64,000 nt of DNA from Candidatus Omnitrophota bacterium (lineage in GTDB: Bacteria; Omnitrophota; Gorgyraeia; Gygaellales; Profunditerraquicolaceae), in NCBI GenBank assembly GCA_011620275.1, contig WOZK01000031.1, positions 23,479 through 87,478 of the forward strand, written 5' to 3'. Below the pieces are notes generated by a model that saw only the letters and a program-made list of their open reading frames with translations, was not told the DNA's origin and did no database searches. Below are positions 1 through 8,593 of this stretch, in pieces (within the stretch, counting starts at the first letter, position 1; the number at the start of each line of letters is the position of its first letter). The position numbers and the translations under genes were made by a program.

Positions 1-452
1 ACCGGCCCGAACTCGACCGCCGCGGAATCGGAATAATCGCCTTTTATCCCTCCCACTACGAACTTCTGGATGATCTCGCCGCCTTTGGCGCCTCGCGCCC
101 AAAAAGTCAGCTTGGTCATGCCGGTAAGATCGAATCCTCCCTTTTTGCTTCCCCAGTTGTTGGCGGGATTCTGCCAATAAACCCCGGCCCATCCCTGGCC
201 CTGCGATTTCTTGGCGGAATAAGAGAACTCTATACTGGTGGACCCGGAATGAGGATTCTCCAAAGCCTGATCGTTCATCTTGATATCGCCGAAATCCCCC
301 ATCCAGCCGGAAGCCGCGTAATGATTATCGGGAGATTTGCTGTCGGTGTAAACGCTGAACGACTTCAGGTTATCCGCCTGCGCGCGTTCAAGTGTAGTTG
401 TGAATGCCGAAGCGAATACGGCAATTAAGGTAACCATTAGTAATTTTCTCAT
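1..452 (-). CDS. Secreted carbohydrate-binding-module-like protein (CBM11/galactose-binding-like fold), truncated by the window edge
   Basis: Not in the ORF track. Hand translation from ATG at 452, after a GGGAGG RBS: MRKLLMVTLIAVFASAFTTTLERAQADNLKSFSVYTDSKSPDNHYAASGWMGDFGDI...GWAGVYWQNPANNWG...FDLTGMTKLTFWARG. It has a signal peptide and a Trp-rich DLTG..LTFWARG motif, and stays open to position 1. Confidence 0.75.
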   Translation of the reverse strand, partial: MRKLLMVTLIAVFASAFTTTLERAQADNLKSFSVYTDSKSPDNHYAASGWMGDFGDIKMNDQALENPHSGSTSIEFSYSAKKSQGQGWAGVYWQNPANNWGSKKGGFDLTGMTKLTFWARGAKGGEIIQKFVVGGIKGDYSDSAAVEFGP

Positions 453-660
453 TTAAAAACCCCTCCCTGATGGAGCGCGGCCGATTTGTATGCCGCGTTC
501 CTTCCCTCTCCGTTGCCGCGAACATCAAGACCGAGCGGCAGCGTGAAAGTGAACGTTTCCTTAAAAATATATCTTTACCTGATTCGATTCAACTGCGCTT
601 GTTGCCTGTATTCCTCCTTTCTACCTCCCAGCAATATGAAATAGCGAACGTGCGAACCGT

Positions 661-2967
661 TCACCTGTTCCATTTCTTTTTATACATGAAATAAGCCGGC
701 CTTAATTCCCGCAGGAACGGGCTGTTTTTGCCGTCGCCCTGCCCGCAGATACCCAGCCATTCTTCGTGCATGAATCCGTCCGGGAAAGGCCCGGTAAACA
801 AACCTTTGGTGTCGTGCATGGAGGGTTCATAGGCCTTCCACCATTCGTCCAGCCATTCGAAGATCACCCCTCCTATTGCGTTACCCTCTCCTTCATGAAA
901 AGCCATATTCTCCTCTATATCCTCCCAGGTCCCGCGATGGTATTCAGCCTGCGCCTTTTCCTCTTCCTCCACGCTAAAACCCAGGGAAAAAGCCGGACAT
1001 CCGTATTCCGTAATGAACGCCGGTTTGCCCGTTTCTTCCTTGACCTGGCGCCAGAGGGATCCGAAACCGTAGTCTCCGCGGTAGGCGTTGGTGCCGAAAA
1101 TATCCACGTCCGGAGCGTTCTTACCGTATTTATCCAGAAAAAGTACGTCTCCGCTGCATATGGCCACCGGATGTTCCGGATCGATTTCTTTGATCCTCCC
1201 GGCCACTTCGTTGGCAAACTTAAAGAAAGCCTCCGGCTCCTTGTCGGCATTGCAGGCGAATCCATAAACATTCTCGTTGCCCAACAGCCAGAACAGAACG
1301 TACGGCTCGTCCTTGAATTCCTTAACCATGCCGAGCACGGATTCCATCATTTTCTTCTTATGCTCTTCGTCGTTATAATCCGTTCCCGGGTACCAAGATG
1401 CGCCGGAACCTATGGCGTATTTACCGAGAAAATCCCCAACTATCACCCTGATGCCGTAGTCCCTGTACATCGCGCGCATCAGTTCCTTATTGATTTTCTT
1501 GGGATGATGATAAAGCCTGATCGTGTTTATGCCCATATCCTTCATCAGCTTGAAGTCCCCTACCGCCGGCTCATTGGCGTCCCGGATGTTGTTCCTGTTT
1601 TTGTCCACGAAAGCATCGTAAGGACCGTCTATCTTGCCGTTGGCATTAAAATCTTCCTCCATCCAGTTCCCGAGAGTCCCTTCATCGGGAGACTGTCCGA
1701 CTTTGGTGGGGGCGTAAGTAACGGCCCTGATCACGTACGGTTTGTCTTCGACGATCAACTGCCAGCCGTCGTCGTCGTATTGAACCAGATGCACCTTCCC
1801 GCAGCCCAACCGCTTTTTCACCGCAGGAGTTCTTCCGTCGGACATACGCCCCTTGATCTTGTCCGGAGAAGATGTTTTTACGAATTTTCCCGGCGTCGTC
1901 ACCGCCATATCGTTGGATACGTCGTTATCGAAACCATTCAATATCTTTATATCCGCCCCGACCAGTTTATATCCGAGCGAAGGATTGTTGCGCAATATGT
2001 GTTTTATCTTGGCGATGGCGGCCTGCCCCACATACCATGGCGTGTGCCAGTAGGTCCAGCCGTAAGTCCCCGGGAAATGCACGACTATCGCGTAATAACA
2101 CTTCAGAGCGTGCTTATAAAGCCCGGACTTCTCCAGTATCAATCCGAGATAGAAAAGTTTGACGCCCTGCGGTTCCGGAGCCGTGGCCCATTTTAGAAAA
2201 GCCGCTTCCAGGTCCGGGGAATGCACGTAATCCCAATGCGATCCCTCCAGCCTTTTTTCCTTTTGCGCTTTTTTGTAGGCCGGGTCCCAGCGGATGGAAG
2301 TGGTATTGGGGTAGATACCCTCGCCCACCGCCGCGCTCAAGCCTTCCTGGTCCTTGACGATGTATTTATACTCGGCGGTGCCGGTCTTGGTGAATTCTCC
2401 GTATTTTTCATAATCAACCACATCCTCTTTCCCCGGATCATGCAGTTCTATTACCGTCGGCAGCTGGCTAACCTTCTTCTTTTCCTCTATCTCTATAGAA
2501 CCGGTCTCTATCTTTTTGACGCTCTGCTCGGAGGCCTGAGCTATCTTCCAAAACCACCCGCGTTGGTCCCAGGCCTGGGCAAAAGGATATTTCTCTATGA
2601 TGGTCTTGAACAGCTTTTTAGCCTCGTCGTTCTTGCCCTGCCTCATATAACTCTCCGCCTGGATGAAATAAGCGGTAGCGACGTCGTTCAAGACGGCGAC
2701 CGCTTGTATCTCGTCCTTATTGGAGGGCATCCCCTTCAGCGATTCCTGCTGCTTCAACGCCTCGGCCGAATACAACTCGATGCATCTGCCGGTGTATTTG
2801 AACGTGGCTTCCACATCGCCGCTGCCGTGCGCCTGCCAGGACTTGGTGATCAACGTCGAGGAAGATTCGGCCGAATTCTTCGCGGCCGGAGTGCCGTCCC
2901 CGGCCCGGGCAGAGCTGCCTGAAAACAACAAAAACGCCAAACATAAGGAAATAACAGGTATCTTCAT
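661..2967 (-). CDS. Secreted TPR-containing glycoside hydrolase, clan GH-A (GH2-like TIM barrel)
   Basis: Signal peptide, N-terminal TPR-like helices, NTIRLY, acid/base motif LGNEN, nucleophile motif ITEYG and a C-terminal FEWLDEWWK. Confidence 0.75.
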   Translation of the reverse strand: MKIPVISLCLAFLLFSGSSARAGDGTPAAKNSAESSSTLITKSWQAHGSGDVEATFKYTGRCIELYSAEALKQQESLKGMPSNKDEIQAVAVLNDVATAYFIQAESYMRQGKNDEAKKLFKTIIEKYPFAQAWDQRGWFWKIAQASEQSVKKIETGSIEIEEKKKVSQLPTVIELHDPGKEDVVDYEKYGEFTKTGTAEYKYIVKDQEGLSAAVGEGIYPNTTSIRWDPAYKKAQKEKRLEGSHWDYVHSPDLEAAFLKWATAPEPQGVKLFYLGLILEKSGLYKHALKCYYAIVVHFPGTYGWTYWHTPWYVGQAAIAKIKHILRNNPSLGYKLVGADIKILNGFDNDVSNDMAVTTPGKFVKTSSPDKIKGRMSDGRTPAVKKRLGCGKVHLVQYDDDGWQLIVEDKPYVIRAVTYAPTKVGQSPDEGTLGNWMEEDFNANGKIDGPYDAFVDKNRNNIRDANEPAVGDFKLMKDMGINTIRLYHHPKKINKELMRAMYRDYGIRVIVGDFLGKYAIGSGASWYPGTDYNDEEHKKKMMESVLGMVKEFKDEPYVLFWLLGNENVYGFACNADKEPEAFFKFANEVAGRIKEIDPEHPVAICSGDVLFLDKYGKNAPDVDIFGTNAYRGDYGFGSLWRQVKEETGKPAFITEYGCPAFSLGFSVEEEEKAQAEYHRGTWEDIEENMAFHEGEGNAIGGVIFEWLDEWWKAYEPSMHDTKGLFTGPFPDGFMHEEWLGICGQGDGKNSPFLRELRPAYFMYKKKWNR

Positions 2968-2969
2968 AT

Positions 2970-3830
2970 TTACCCCACTAATGCTCCCTGAGTTACGCCT
3001 TTGACTATGTATTTCTGCATAAGAATATAAACCAGTATTATAGGCAATGCGGTGATGGTTAACCCGGCCATGAGTAGCGGATAACGCGTAATGAATTCCC
3101 CCTGGAACGTCATTAACGCCACCTGCAGCGGCATCAAAGGTTTGGAATCGAATATGATCAGCGCCAGCACGTACTCATTCCAAACATTAAGCGCGTTCAA
3201 AACTACCACGACGGCCAGAACGGGCTTCGCCAGCGGCAGGGCGACGTGACGCCAGATGCCGAGTTTGGAGCAGCCGTCTATCCTTGCCGCGTCTTCGAGT
3301 TCCTTGGGCATCTTGTCGAAAAAAGTCTTCAGAAGAAAGATGCTGGTAGACAATCCCACGTTGATCATGCAAAGTATATAGCCTATGGCGGTATTTCGCA
3401 GATGCAACTTGTTCAACAGAACATAAAGCGGGACGAAACTGCCGGGAATGGGGATCATCATCGCCGCCATGAATATATAGAAAATAAGGTTTCTGCCCGG
3501 GAAGGTGAACCTGGAAAAGGCGTAAGCGGCCAGGGAGGAAACTATCACTATGCCGAGCACGACAACCGAGGTATAAACGATGCTGTTGAAAAAGTTCCGT
3601 CCGAACCCGCCCTGCTTCCAGGCCAGGACGTAATTCTCGAAATGGAACTCTCTGGGAATAAGCGACATGTCCCTAAAAATGGTCTCCTGCGTCTTCAGGC
3701 TGGAAGAGAACATCCAGAGCAGCGGAAAAATGCAGGTCAACGCCACCGCTATAAGAAAAGCATAGACTATCACATTCACTGCCACTTTCTTACCAAAGTA
3801 ATATTTATCGCTTTTCATATACGGCGGCAC
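2970..3830 (-). CDS. Carbohydrate ABC transporter permease (MalG-like)
   Basis: EAA motif LEDAARIDGCS and multiple TM helices. Confidence 0.92.
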   Translation of the reverse strand: MPPYMKSDKYYFGKKVAVNVIVYAFLIAVALTCIFPLLWMFSSSLKTQETIFRDMSLIPREFHFENYVLAWKQGGFGRNFFNSIVYTSVVVLGIVIVSSLAAYAFSRFTFPGRNLIFYIFMAAMMIPIPGSFVPLYVLLNKLHLRNTAIGYILCMINVGLSTSIFLLKTFFDKMPKELEDAARIDGCSKLGIWRHVALPLAKPVLAVVVVLNALNVWNEYVLALIIFDSKPLMPLQVALMTFQGEFITRYPLLMAGLTITALPIILVYILMQKYIVKGVTQGALVG

Positions 3831-3842
3831 TCCTTCGGCGCG

Positions 3843-4721
3843 TTAATATTGCCTTGATCTCTTGGAAAAACGGTATTGCACGAACGAAATTATTATCAAC
3901 ACCACCCCGAAAACAATGCCTTGCGCGCAGGCGTAGCCGAAACGCGACGATCCGCGCATGGAAGCCAATATGCGCAGCACCGGCACCTGCGTGTGGTAAG
4001 CCGGGCCGCCGCCGGTCATGGCTATAATCAAAACGAACGCCTGCATAGTGCCCAGAACGGTAAGAATAGCTACCAGTATGGCTACCGGAATCATCAACGG
4101 CAGAGTTATGTTCTTAAAACTCGCCCAGGCGTTGGCCCCGTCCACGCGCGCGGCTTCATACAACTCCCGCGGGATCGTCTGCAGTCCGGCCAGGAAAATC
4201 AGAAAGCCCCAGCCGAAGCCTTTCCAGCAGTGCACCACGGCCACGGTAGTAAGCGCGGTCTGCGGATCCGAAAGCCAATTCTTGACCAGATGAGGCAGTC
4301 CCATTTTGAGCAGCCAGGCGTTAAGAAGCCCGTAATTGCCGTCGAGTATCCACTGCCATACAAGACCGACTACCACCTCGGAAAGTACCGGCGGGAGGAA
4401 GAAGACGAGCCGGAAGAAATTTTTCATCTTTATTTCCCTGTCGCAGGCCATGGCCAGCATAAAAGCCATCGCGTTCTGAAAGATAAGGGCGATCAGGGTA
4501 ATATACCCGGCGTTCCACATGGAAAGCCACCAGATGTTGTCCTGGGTAAGGACTTCTTTAAAATTAGACAGGCCGACAAAAGTCTTGGTGGGAAGAATAC
4601 CGTCCCATTCATACATACCGAGCTGGAAGACCCAAATGAACGGGATAAGATAGAAAATAAGAAAAATCACGACCGCGGGCAAAACAAAAAGATAATTTTC
4701 CAGTGTCGATTTAATACGCAT
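3843..4721 (-). CDS. Carbohydrate ABC transporter permease (MalF-like)
   Basis: Motif LAGLQTIPRELYEAARVDGA and multiple TM helices. Confidence 0.92.
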   Translation of the reverse strand: MRIKSTLENYLFVLPAVVIFLIFYLIPFIWVFQLGMYEWDGILPTKTFVGLSNFKEVLTQDNIWWLSMWNAGYITLIALIFQNAMAFMLAMACDREIKMKNFFRLVFFLPPVLSEVVVGLVWQWILDGNYGLLNAWLLKMGLPHLVKNWLSDPQTALTTVAVVHCWKGFGWGFLIFLAGLQTIPRELYEAARVDGANAWASFKNITLPLMIPVAILVAILTVLGTMQAFVLIIAMTGGGPAYHTQVPVLRILASMRGSSRFGYACAQGIVFGVVLIIISFVQYRFSKRSRQY

Positions 4722-4763
4722 ATGAGACGTTTGACCACCCGGGCGCAGGCCGCGCGGCGGATG

Positions 4764-6083
4764 TTACTTGTTGTTTTTCTTCGACAATTCCCTTTGCTTT
4801 ATCTTCTGCACCTCTTCCGCCACCTGCACGGAGGTTTTTTCCCCGATAACTATGGACTGAATCCCCTTGTCAAAGGCTTCGACCACGGCGGGGAATTCGG
4901 AAACCCCCCACACGTTGGGATGTGTGGAGGTCTCTATATCGTCCGCGAATTGCGCCAGCACGTCGGATATTTTCTTCAGGCTATCTTTGTTCGCCGGCAG
5001 GTTAAGCGTCATCTCCGCCAAAAAGACCTGCTGTTCACGGTCGGTAAGCCAGCGCAGGAACTTGACCGCCTCTTCTTTCCTCGGCGATCTGGCGTTAACC
5101 ATGAAAGAAGATCCCGCTCCGCCCCAGATTACCATGGGATACTTAGAACTCACCGCCGGCGGCAGCATGGTGCCGAACTCCAAGCCGGGATTCATACCCT
5201 TGTAAACATTCACGCACCAGGAGCCGTTGAACGCGAAGACGGCTTTCTCGTTGGCAAAAAGCTGCTCGGCGTTCTTGTTCACCATGGTCACAAGTCCGTT
5301 CGCCAGCACCCCGGAGTCCTGCATTTGATTGAATATCTCGAAAACCTTGATCCAGTCCGGATCTGTATAAGGGACGTCGCCTCTTATTGTAGCCAATACC
5401 TTGTCTTTCCCCATCACGTTAAAGGCGTAGTTATTTGCCATACAGTCGACCATCCATACTTCTCCCCATCCGGAAACGAGCCCCTGGATACCGGAAGCCT
5501 TAATCTTCGGTCCTAAAGCGAGGAATTCCTCCAGAGTGGCCGGAGGTCTGTTGGGATTTCCGCCTATCTGCTTCAGCAGTTTCTTATTATAGACCATCTG
5601 AATGGTTGTTATGTCGATGGGAACTCCGTATATGCCGGGGGTAACACCGTAAGTATTATCAGGAGAGAACTCGTTGACGGCCAGGGCTTCGGAAAAGAAC
5701 ACGTTCTTCCATTTACCGCTGTCTGCCGACATATAAGGAGTTATATTAAGTATATGGCCCGCCTTGACGAAAGAGGAGAAATCGCGTTTTTCTCCCAGTA
5801 TACCGAAGATATCGGGCAGACTCACGCTCTGCGCGGCAGCCCTGATCTTCTGGGAATAGGCGTCGGAAGGGGCGTAGAGCTCGAAAGTAACTTTCACGCC
5901 GGTCAATTCTTCATACCGGCGGCTCAATTCCTCGAACGCGGGCTGACGGTCGGTCATCCAGTGCCAGACAACCACGGAATTCTTATTCTCCAGAGTCGTA
6001 GGCGCGCACCCGCACAGGCAAAACAGACTTAGAATGGAGAGAGCCGATACACCTCTCAGACAGCCGGAGAATTTTACCGCCAT
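4764..6083 (-). CDS. Sugar ABC transporter substrate-binding lipoprotein
   Basis: Lipobox-like CLCGC, VVWHW, YNKKLL and FNGSW motifs of SBP family 1. Start moved to ATG 6083 (MAVKFS, GAGG RBS). Confidence 0.88.
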   Translation of the reverse strand: MAVKFSGCLRGVSALSILSLFCLCGCAPTTLENKNSVVVWHWMTDRQPAFEELSRRYEELTGVKVTFELYAPSDAYSQKIRAAAQSVSLPDIFGILGEKRDFSSFVKAGHILNITPYMSADSGKWKNVFFSEALAVNEFSPDNTYGVTPGIYGVPIDITTIQMVYNKKLLKQIGGNPNRPPATLEEFLALGPKIKASGIQGLVSGWGEVWMVDCMANNYAFNVMGKDKVLATIRGDVPYTDPDWIKVFEIFNQMQDSGVLANGLVTMVNKNAEQLFANEKAVFAFNGSWCVNVYKGMNPGLEFGTMLPPAVSSKYPMVIWGGAGSSFMVNARSPRKEEAVKFLRWLTDREQQVFLAEMTLNLPANKDSLKKISDVLAQFADDIETSTHPNVWGVSEFPAVVEAFDKGIQSIVIGEKTSVQVAEEVQKIKQRELSKKNNK

Positions 6084-6236
6084 TGAGCCTCCTCTCGAGC
6101 CGGAAATCTTATGCTGTAACGGGATTTGCCGACAGTTAGTTGTATTGCGGATAAAATAAGATGTGCTTAACTCTAACACATGTTTATTATACGGTCAAGA
6201 TTTTTATATCGGCACGGGTTAGCGCCGCCGGGTATA

Positions 6237-6581
6237 TCAATGCAGCCGCATGACCCTGGAAAACCTCATTAGTTCGGCATTCTCCAGACGGATACCCGTG
6301 CGATAGCTATTCACGCCTTCCGGCCTGCACCAAACTACCCTGCCCCTGGCGTAAAGCGGCTGACCCTGGTCGGGAACGTTCATCCATATTTCGAGATCCG
6401 CCGAAGACTGCAGCTCAGTTCCGGAGGTCATGCCGAGGCCGTAAGCGCTGATATCGCTTGAAACCGCTTCTCCGGAGATATGCGAATACAGGTCAGTGTA
6501 TTTTACGGGAAATTGAGCTTGAATACGCTCGAACAATCTCTGGTCTTCCGGACTCCCGTCTGGTTGTTCTATATATTCCAT
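6237..6581 (-). CDS. Single-domain PilZ protein (c-di-GMP receptor)
   Basis: RxxxR (RLFER) and DxSxxG (DISAYG) motifs, plus GRVVW. Confidence 0.85.
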   Translation of the reverse strand: MEYIEQPDGSPEDQRLFERIQAQFPVKYTDLYSHISGEAVSSDISAYGLGMTSGTELQSSADLEIWMNVPDQGQPLYARGRVVWCRPEGVNSYRTGIRLENAELMRFSRVMRLH

Positions 6582-6715
6582 CTATCCCGGATCTCCCCGC
6601 CGCAGATCCGCCTTTAATCAAACCGCAGACAATGTCCGGCAAGGCCCGAACTCCCCCATAGAATCGCGGCCTGAAATCTAAACTATTATACCGGGGCTTT
6701 ATTCCGGCCCGATAA

Positions 6716-6745
6716 ATTATAGCTTATCGAAACGGGAACTGTCAA
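6716..6745 (-). promoter_or_regulatory. Consensus sigma70 promoter upstream of the first pilZ gene
   Basis: TTGACA-N18-TATAAT on the minus strand. Confidence 0.7.
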
Positions 6746-6759
6746 CGTAAAACGGATTT

Positions 6760-6792
6760 ATCAAACCGCATTCATCCCCGGCTTGAACACAG
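6760..6792. repeat. REP/MITE-like palindrome arm (left), inverted with 7942-7968
   Basis: CCGCATTCATCCCCGG at 6766-6781 is the exact reverse complement of 7953-7968. The match extends to 24/27 over 6766-6792 versus 7942-7968. Confidence 0.8.
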
Positions 6793-6825
6793 ATTGGATC
6801 AAATCAATCTGTTAAGGGATATCCG

Positions 6826-7921
6826 TTCTTTAAGAATATAGTATAAACAGCGGCGTCTATCCATGGTAAAGTATTTTTACAAAGGAGGGATCTTACCATG
6901 TCATATATTAAAGGTAACCGTAATCAGATAATACTTTTACCGCAAGCCGTAGAAGACTACATCGCTAAGGACGATCCACTGCGCGCCTATGACGCCTTTG
7001 TTGAAGCCTTTGATTGTAATGTTTTAGGGCTGAAGATAGAGTAAAACCAGCCTGAGGTTAATACGTATTGACCCAAAGCGATGTTAAACCTTCTTATCTA
7101 CGTTTACGTCTACGGGATACGCAGTTCGCGTAAATTAAAAAGAGCGTGTTATCACAATCTATCGTTTATATGGCTGACGGAAGATATAAAACCTGATTAC
7201 CGGACTATCGCCAGATTCCGAATAGCCAATAAAGATATTATAAAGAACATATCAGGGCAATGCGCGCGCGCGTATGTGTTTAAAACTATGGTTGATAGAA
7301 GGTAACACCTTATTTATAGACGGCACTAAAATCAAAGCCAATGCTTCTTTAAAGAATACATGGTCAAAAGAACGGCTGCAAAAATCGGAGCAGCAATAGA
7401 AGATAATATAAAGCGCATCTTAACGGAATGCGAAACAACCGACGCCGCCGAGGCGAACACGGAATCTTTAATAAAATTCGAGAAAGAACTGGCTGATCAA
7501 AAAACCTGGAAAGCTGAAATGGCCGAAATTGCCAAAGAACTGAAAGAATCCGGTAAACAAAAGCTCAATACTTCAGTAAATGGCCGCAAAATCATACGTC
7601 AGAAGAATGAGACATTAATGCGGCGGCTCGATCAGCTATATGACAGCGATACCGGACAACAGATATACAAACTGCGAAAAGAAAAGATTGAGTTGCCGTT
7701 TGCCCATTTTAAGCACAATATGAACATACGCCAGTTGTTATTACGCGGGATAGATAAAGCGGGTATAGAGTTAAACTTGTGTACTATCAGGTATAACCTG
7801 GTTCGTATGATAACCTTATTGGGCGTGAGCGGATTTGAAGAAACGTTTCTTACCGTTTAAAACCCGGTATTTTACGTTTTAAAACAGCTTGTGATTTATG
7901 ACTATACTTTTTTCAAAGAGC
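6826..7921 (+). mobile_element. Decayed IS1182-family insertion sequence
   Basis: AT-rich segment carrying transposase fragments. Weak degenerate terminal inverted repeats near 6826 (GTTCTTTAAGAATATAGTATA) and 7903-7921 (TATACTTTTTTCAAAGAGC). Boundaries are approximate. Confidence 0.7.
6898..7860 (+). pseudogene. IS1182-family transposase pseudogene
   Basis: Begins MSYIKGNRNQIILLPQAVEDYI, with in-frame stops at 7042-7044 and 7069-7071. Retains YGIRSSRKLKRAC and KPDYRTIARFR, frameshifts near 7270-7320, has lost much of the middle, and ends with YKLRKEKIELPFAHFKHNM...LLRG...YNL. Confidence 0.88.
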
Positions 7922-7941
7922 AAATATTAATATAACCCGGC

Positions 7942-7975
7942 CTGTGTAAAACCCGGGGATGAATGCGGCTGGATT
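7942..7975. repeat. REP/MITE-like palindrome arm (right)
   Basis: CTGTGTAAAACCCGGGGATGAATGCGG, the inverted partner of 6766-6792. Confidence 0.8.
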
Positions 7976-8300
7976 AACTGTTTTGCCTAAGAACGTGCGC
8001 CACGCCTGTTGTGACCGAATTGGAAAGGCTGATACCGGCGCGAAGAGTTTTTCCCCCTTCCTGCATAGTCCAGATCACTTCGCCTTTCGTGTAGAACGGC
8101 CGGTTTTTGTCGGAAAGAAGAAGCCAGCAATCCAGAGAAGCGCCTCGCGACAACGAAACTTCTGTAAATATCCCCAGCCCGCGTATGCTTACGTCGCTGA
8201 CCGTTCCCATACACTGCAAGGAGGAACCGGTCAAAGAAAACTTTAATGGAAAGCTGACCGGAATCCTGACAAAAAATCTTCTCTCGTCTTGGTTTACCAT
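7974..8300 (-). CDS. Single-domain PilZ protein
   Basis: RxxxR (RFFVR), DxSxxG (DVSIRG) and GEVIW. Confidence 0.85.
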   Translation of the reverse strand: MVNQDERRFFVRIPVSFPLKFSLTGSSLQCMGTVSDVSIRGLGIFTEVSLSRGASLDCWLLLSDKNRPFYTKGEVIWTMQEGGKTLRAGISLSNSVTTGVAHVLRQNS

Positions 8301-8357
8301 ATATTCTGCGTGGAGAAATAGAACATGTTTCAGTCCCCCTGAGAAGGCCCCTTTCCC

Positions 8358-8442
8358 AAAATAAAAACCGGAAGAATCACTTTCCTTCCGGCTTGAGTCC
8401 GTGGCTATCCCCGCTTTTTAAAGTCGGGATTAGCCGGCTTAG
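8358..8442 (-). promoter_or_regulatory. Candidate riboswitch/attenuator in the 5' UTR of the second pilZ gene (long hairpin plus overlapping intrinsic terminator)
   Basis: Minus strand reads CTAAGCC-GGCTA-ATCCCG-ACTTTAAAAAG-CGGGGA-TAGCC-ACGGACTC-AAG-CCGGAAG-GAAAGTGATT-CTTCCGG-TTTTTATTTT, and lies between a promoter and the start codon. Confidence 0.6.
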
Positions 8443-8472
8443 AAAAGAGTTTTATTATCTCTTTGTAAATAT

Positions 8473-8501
8473 AGTATAACTCGTGAGGATTTTTTTGTCA
8501 A
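8473..8501 (-). promoter_or_regulatory. Sigma70 promoter driving the leader and second pilZ gene
   Basis: TTGACA-N17-TATACT on the minus strand. Confidence 0.7.
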
Positions 8502-8593
8502 GCACAAATCTTAACTGAAATAGTTTGACTTTAGTATCTAAATATGTTATTTGTAAAGAGTATTTGTCCATAAAATAATTCTGGAGGATAACC

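Noticed and set aside
470-660. Small ORF or RNA between the GH and CBM-like genes
   Set aside because: The SD-like AAAGGAGG on the minus strand has no suitably spaced start codon and I found no convincing structure. The 74-aa plus-strand ORF has no support.
7042-7071. Stop-codon readthrough in the transposase
   Set aside because: Mixed TAA/TGA stops, a frameshift and a large deletion indicate ordinary decay.
8375-8400. SRP RNA (CCGGAAGG resembles the helix 8 loop)
   Set aside because: It lacks the CAGG...AGCAG internal loop, and the segment forms a terminator stem instead.
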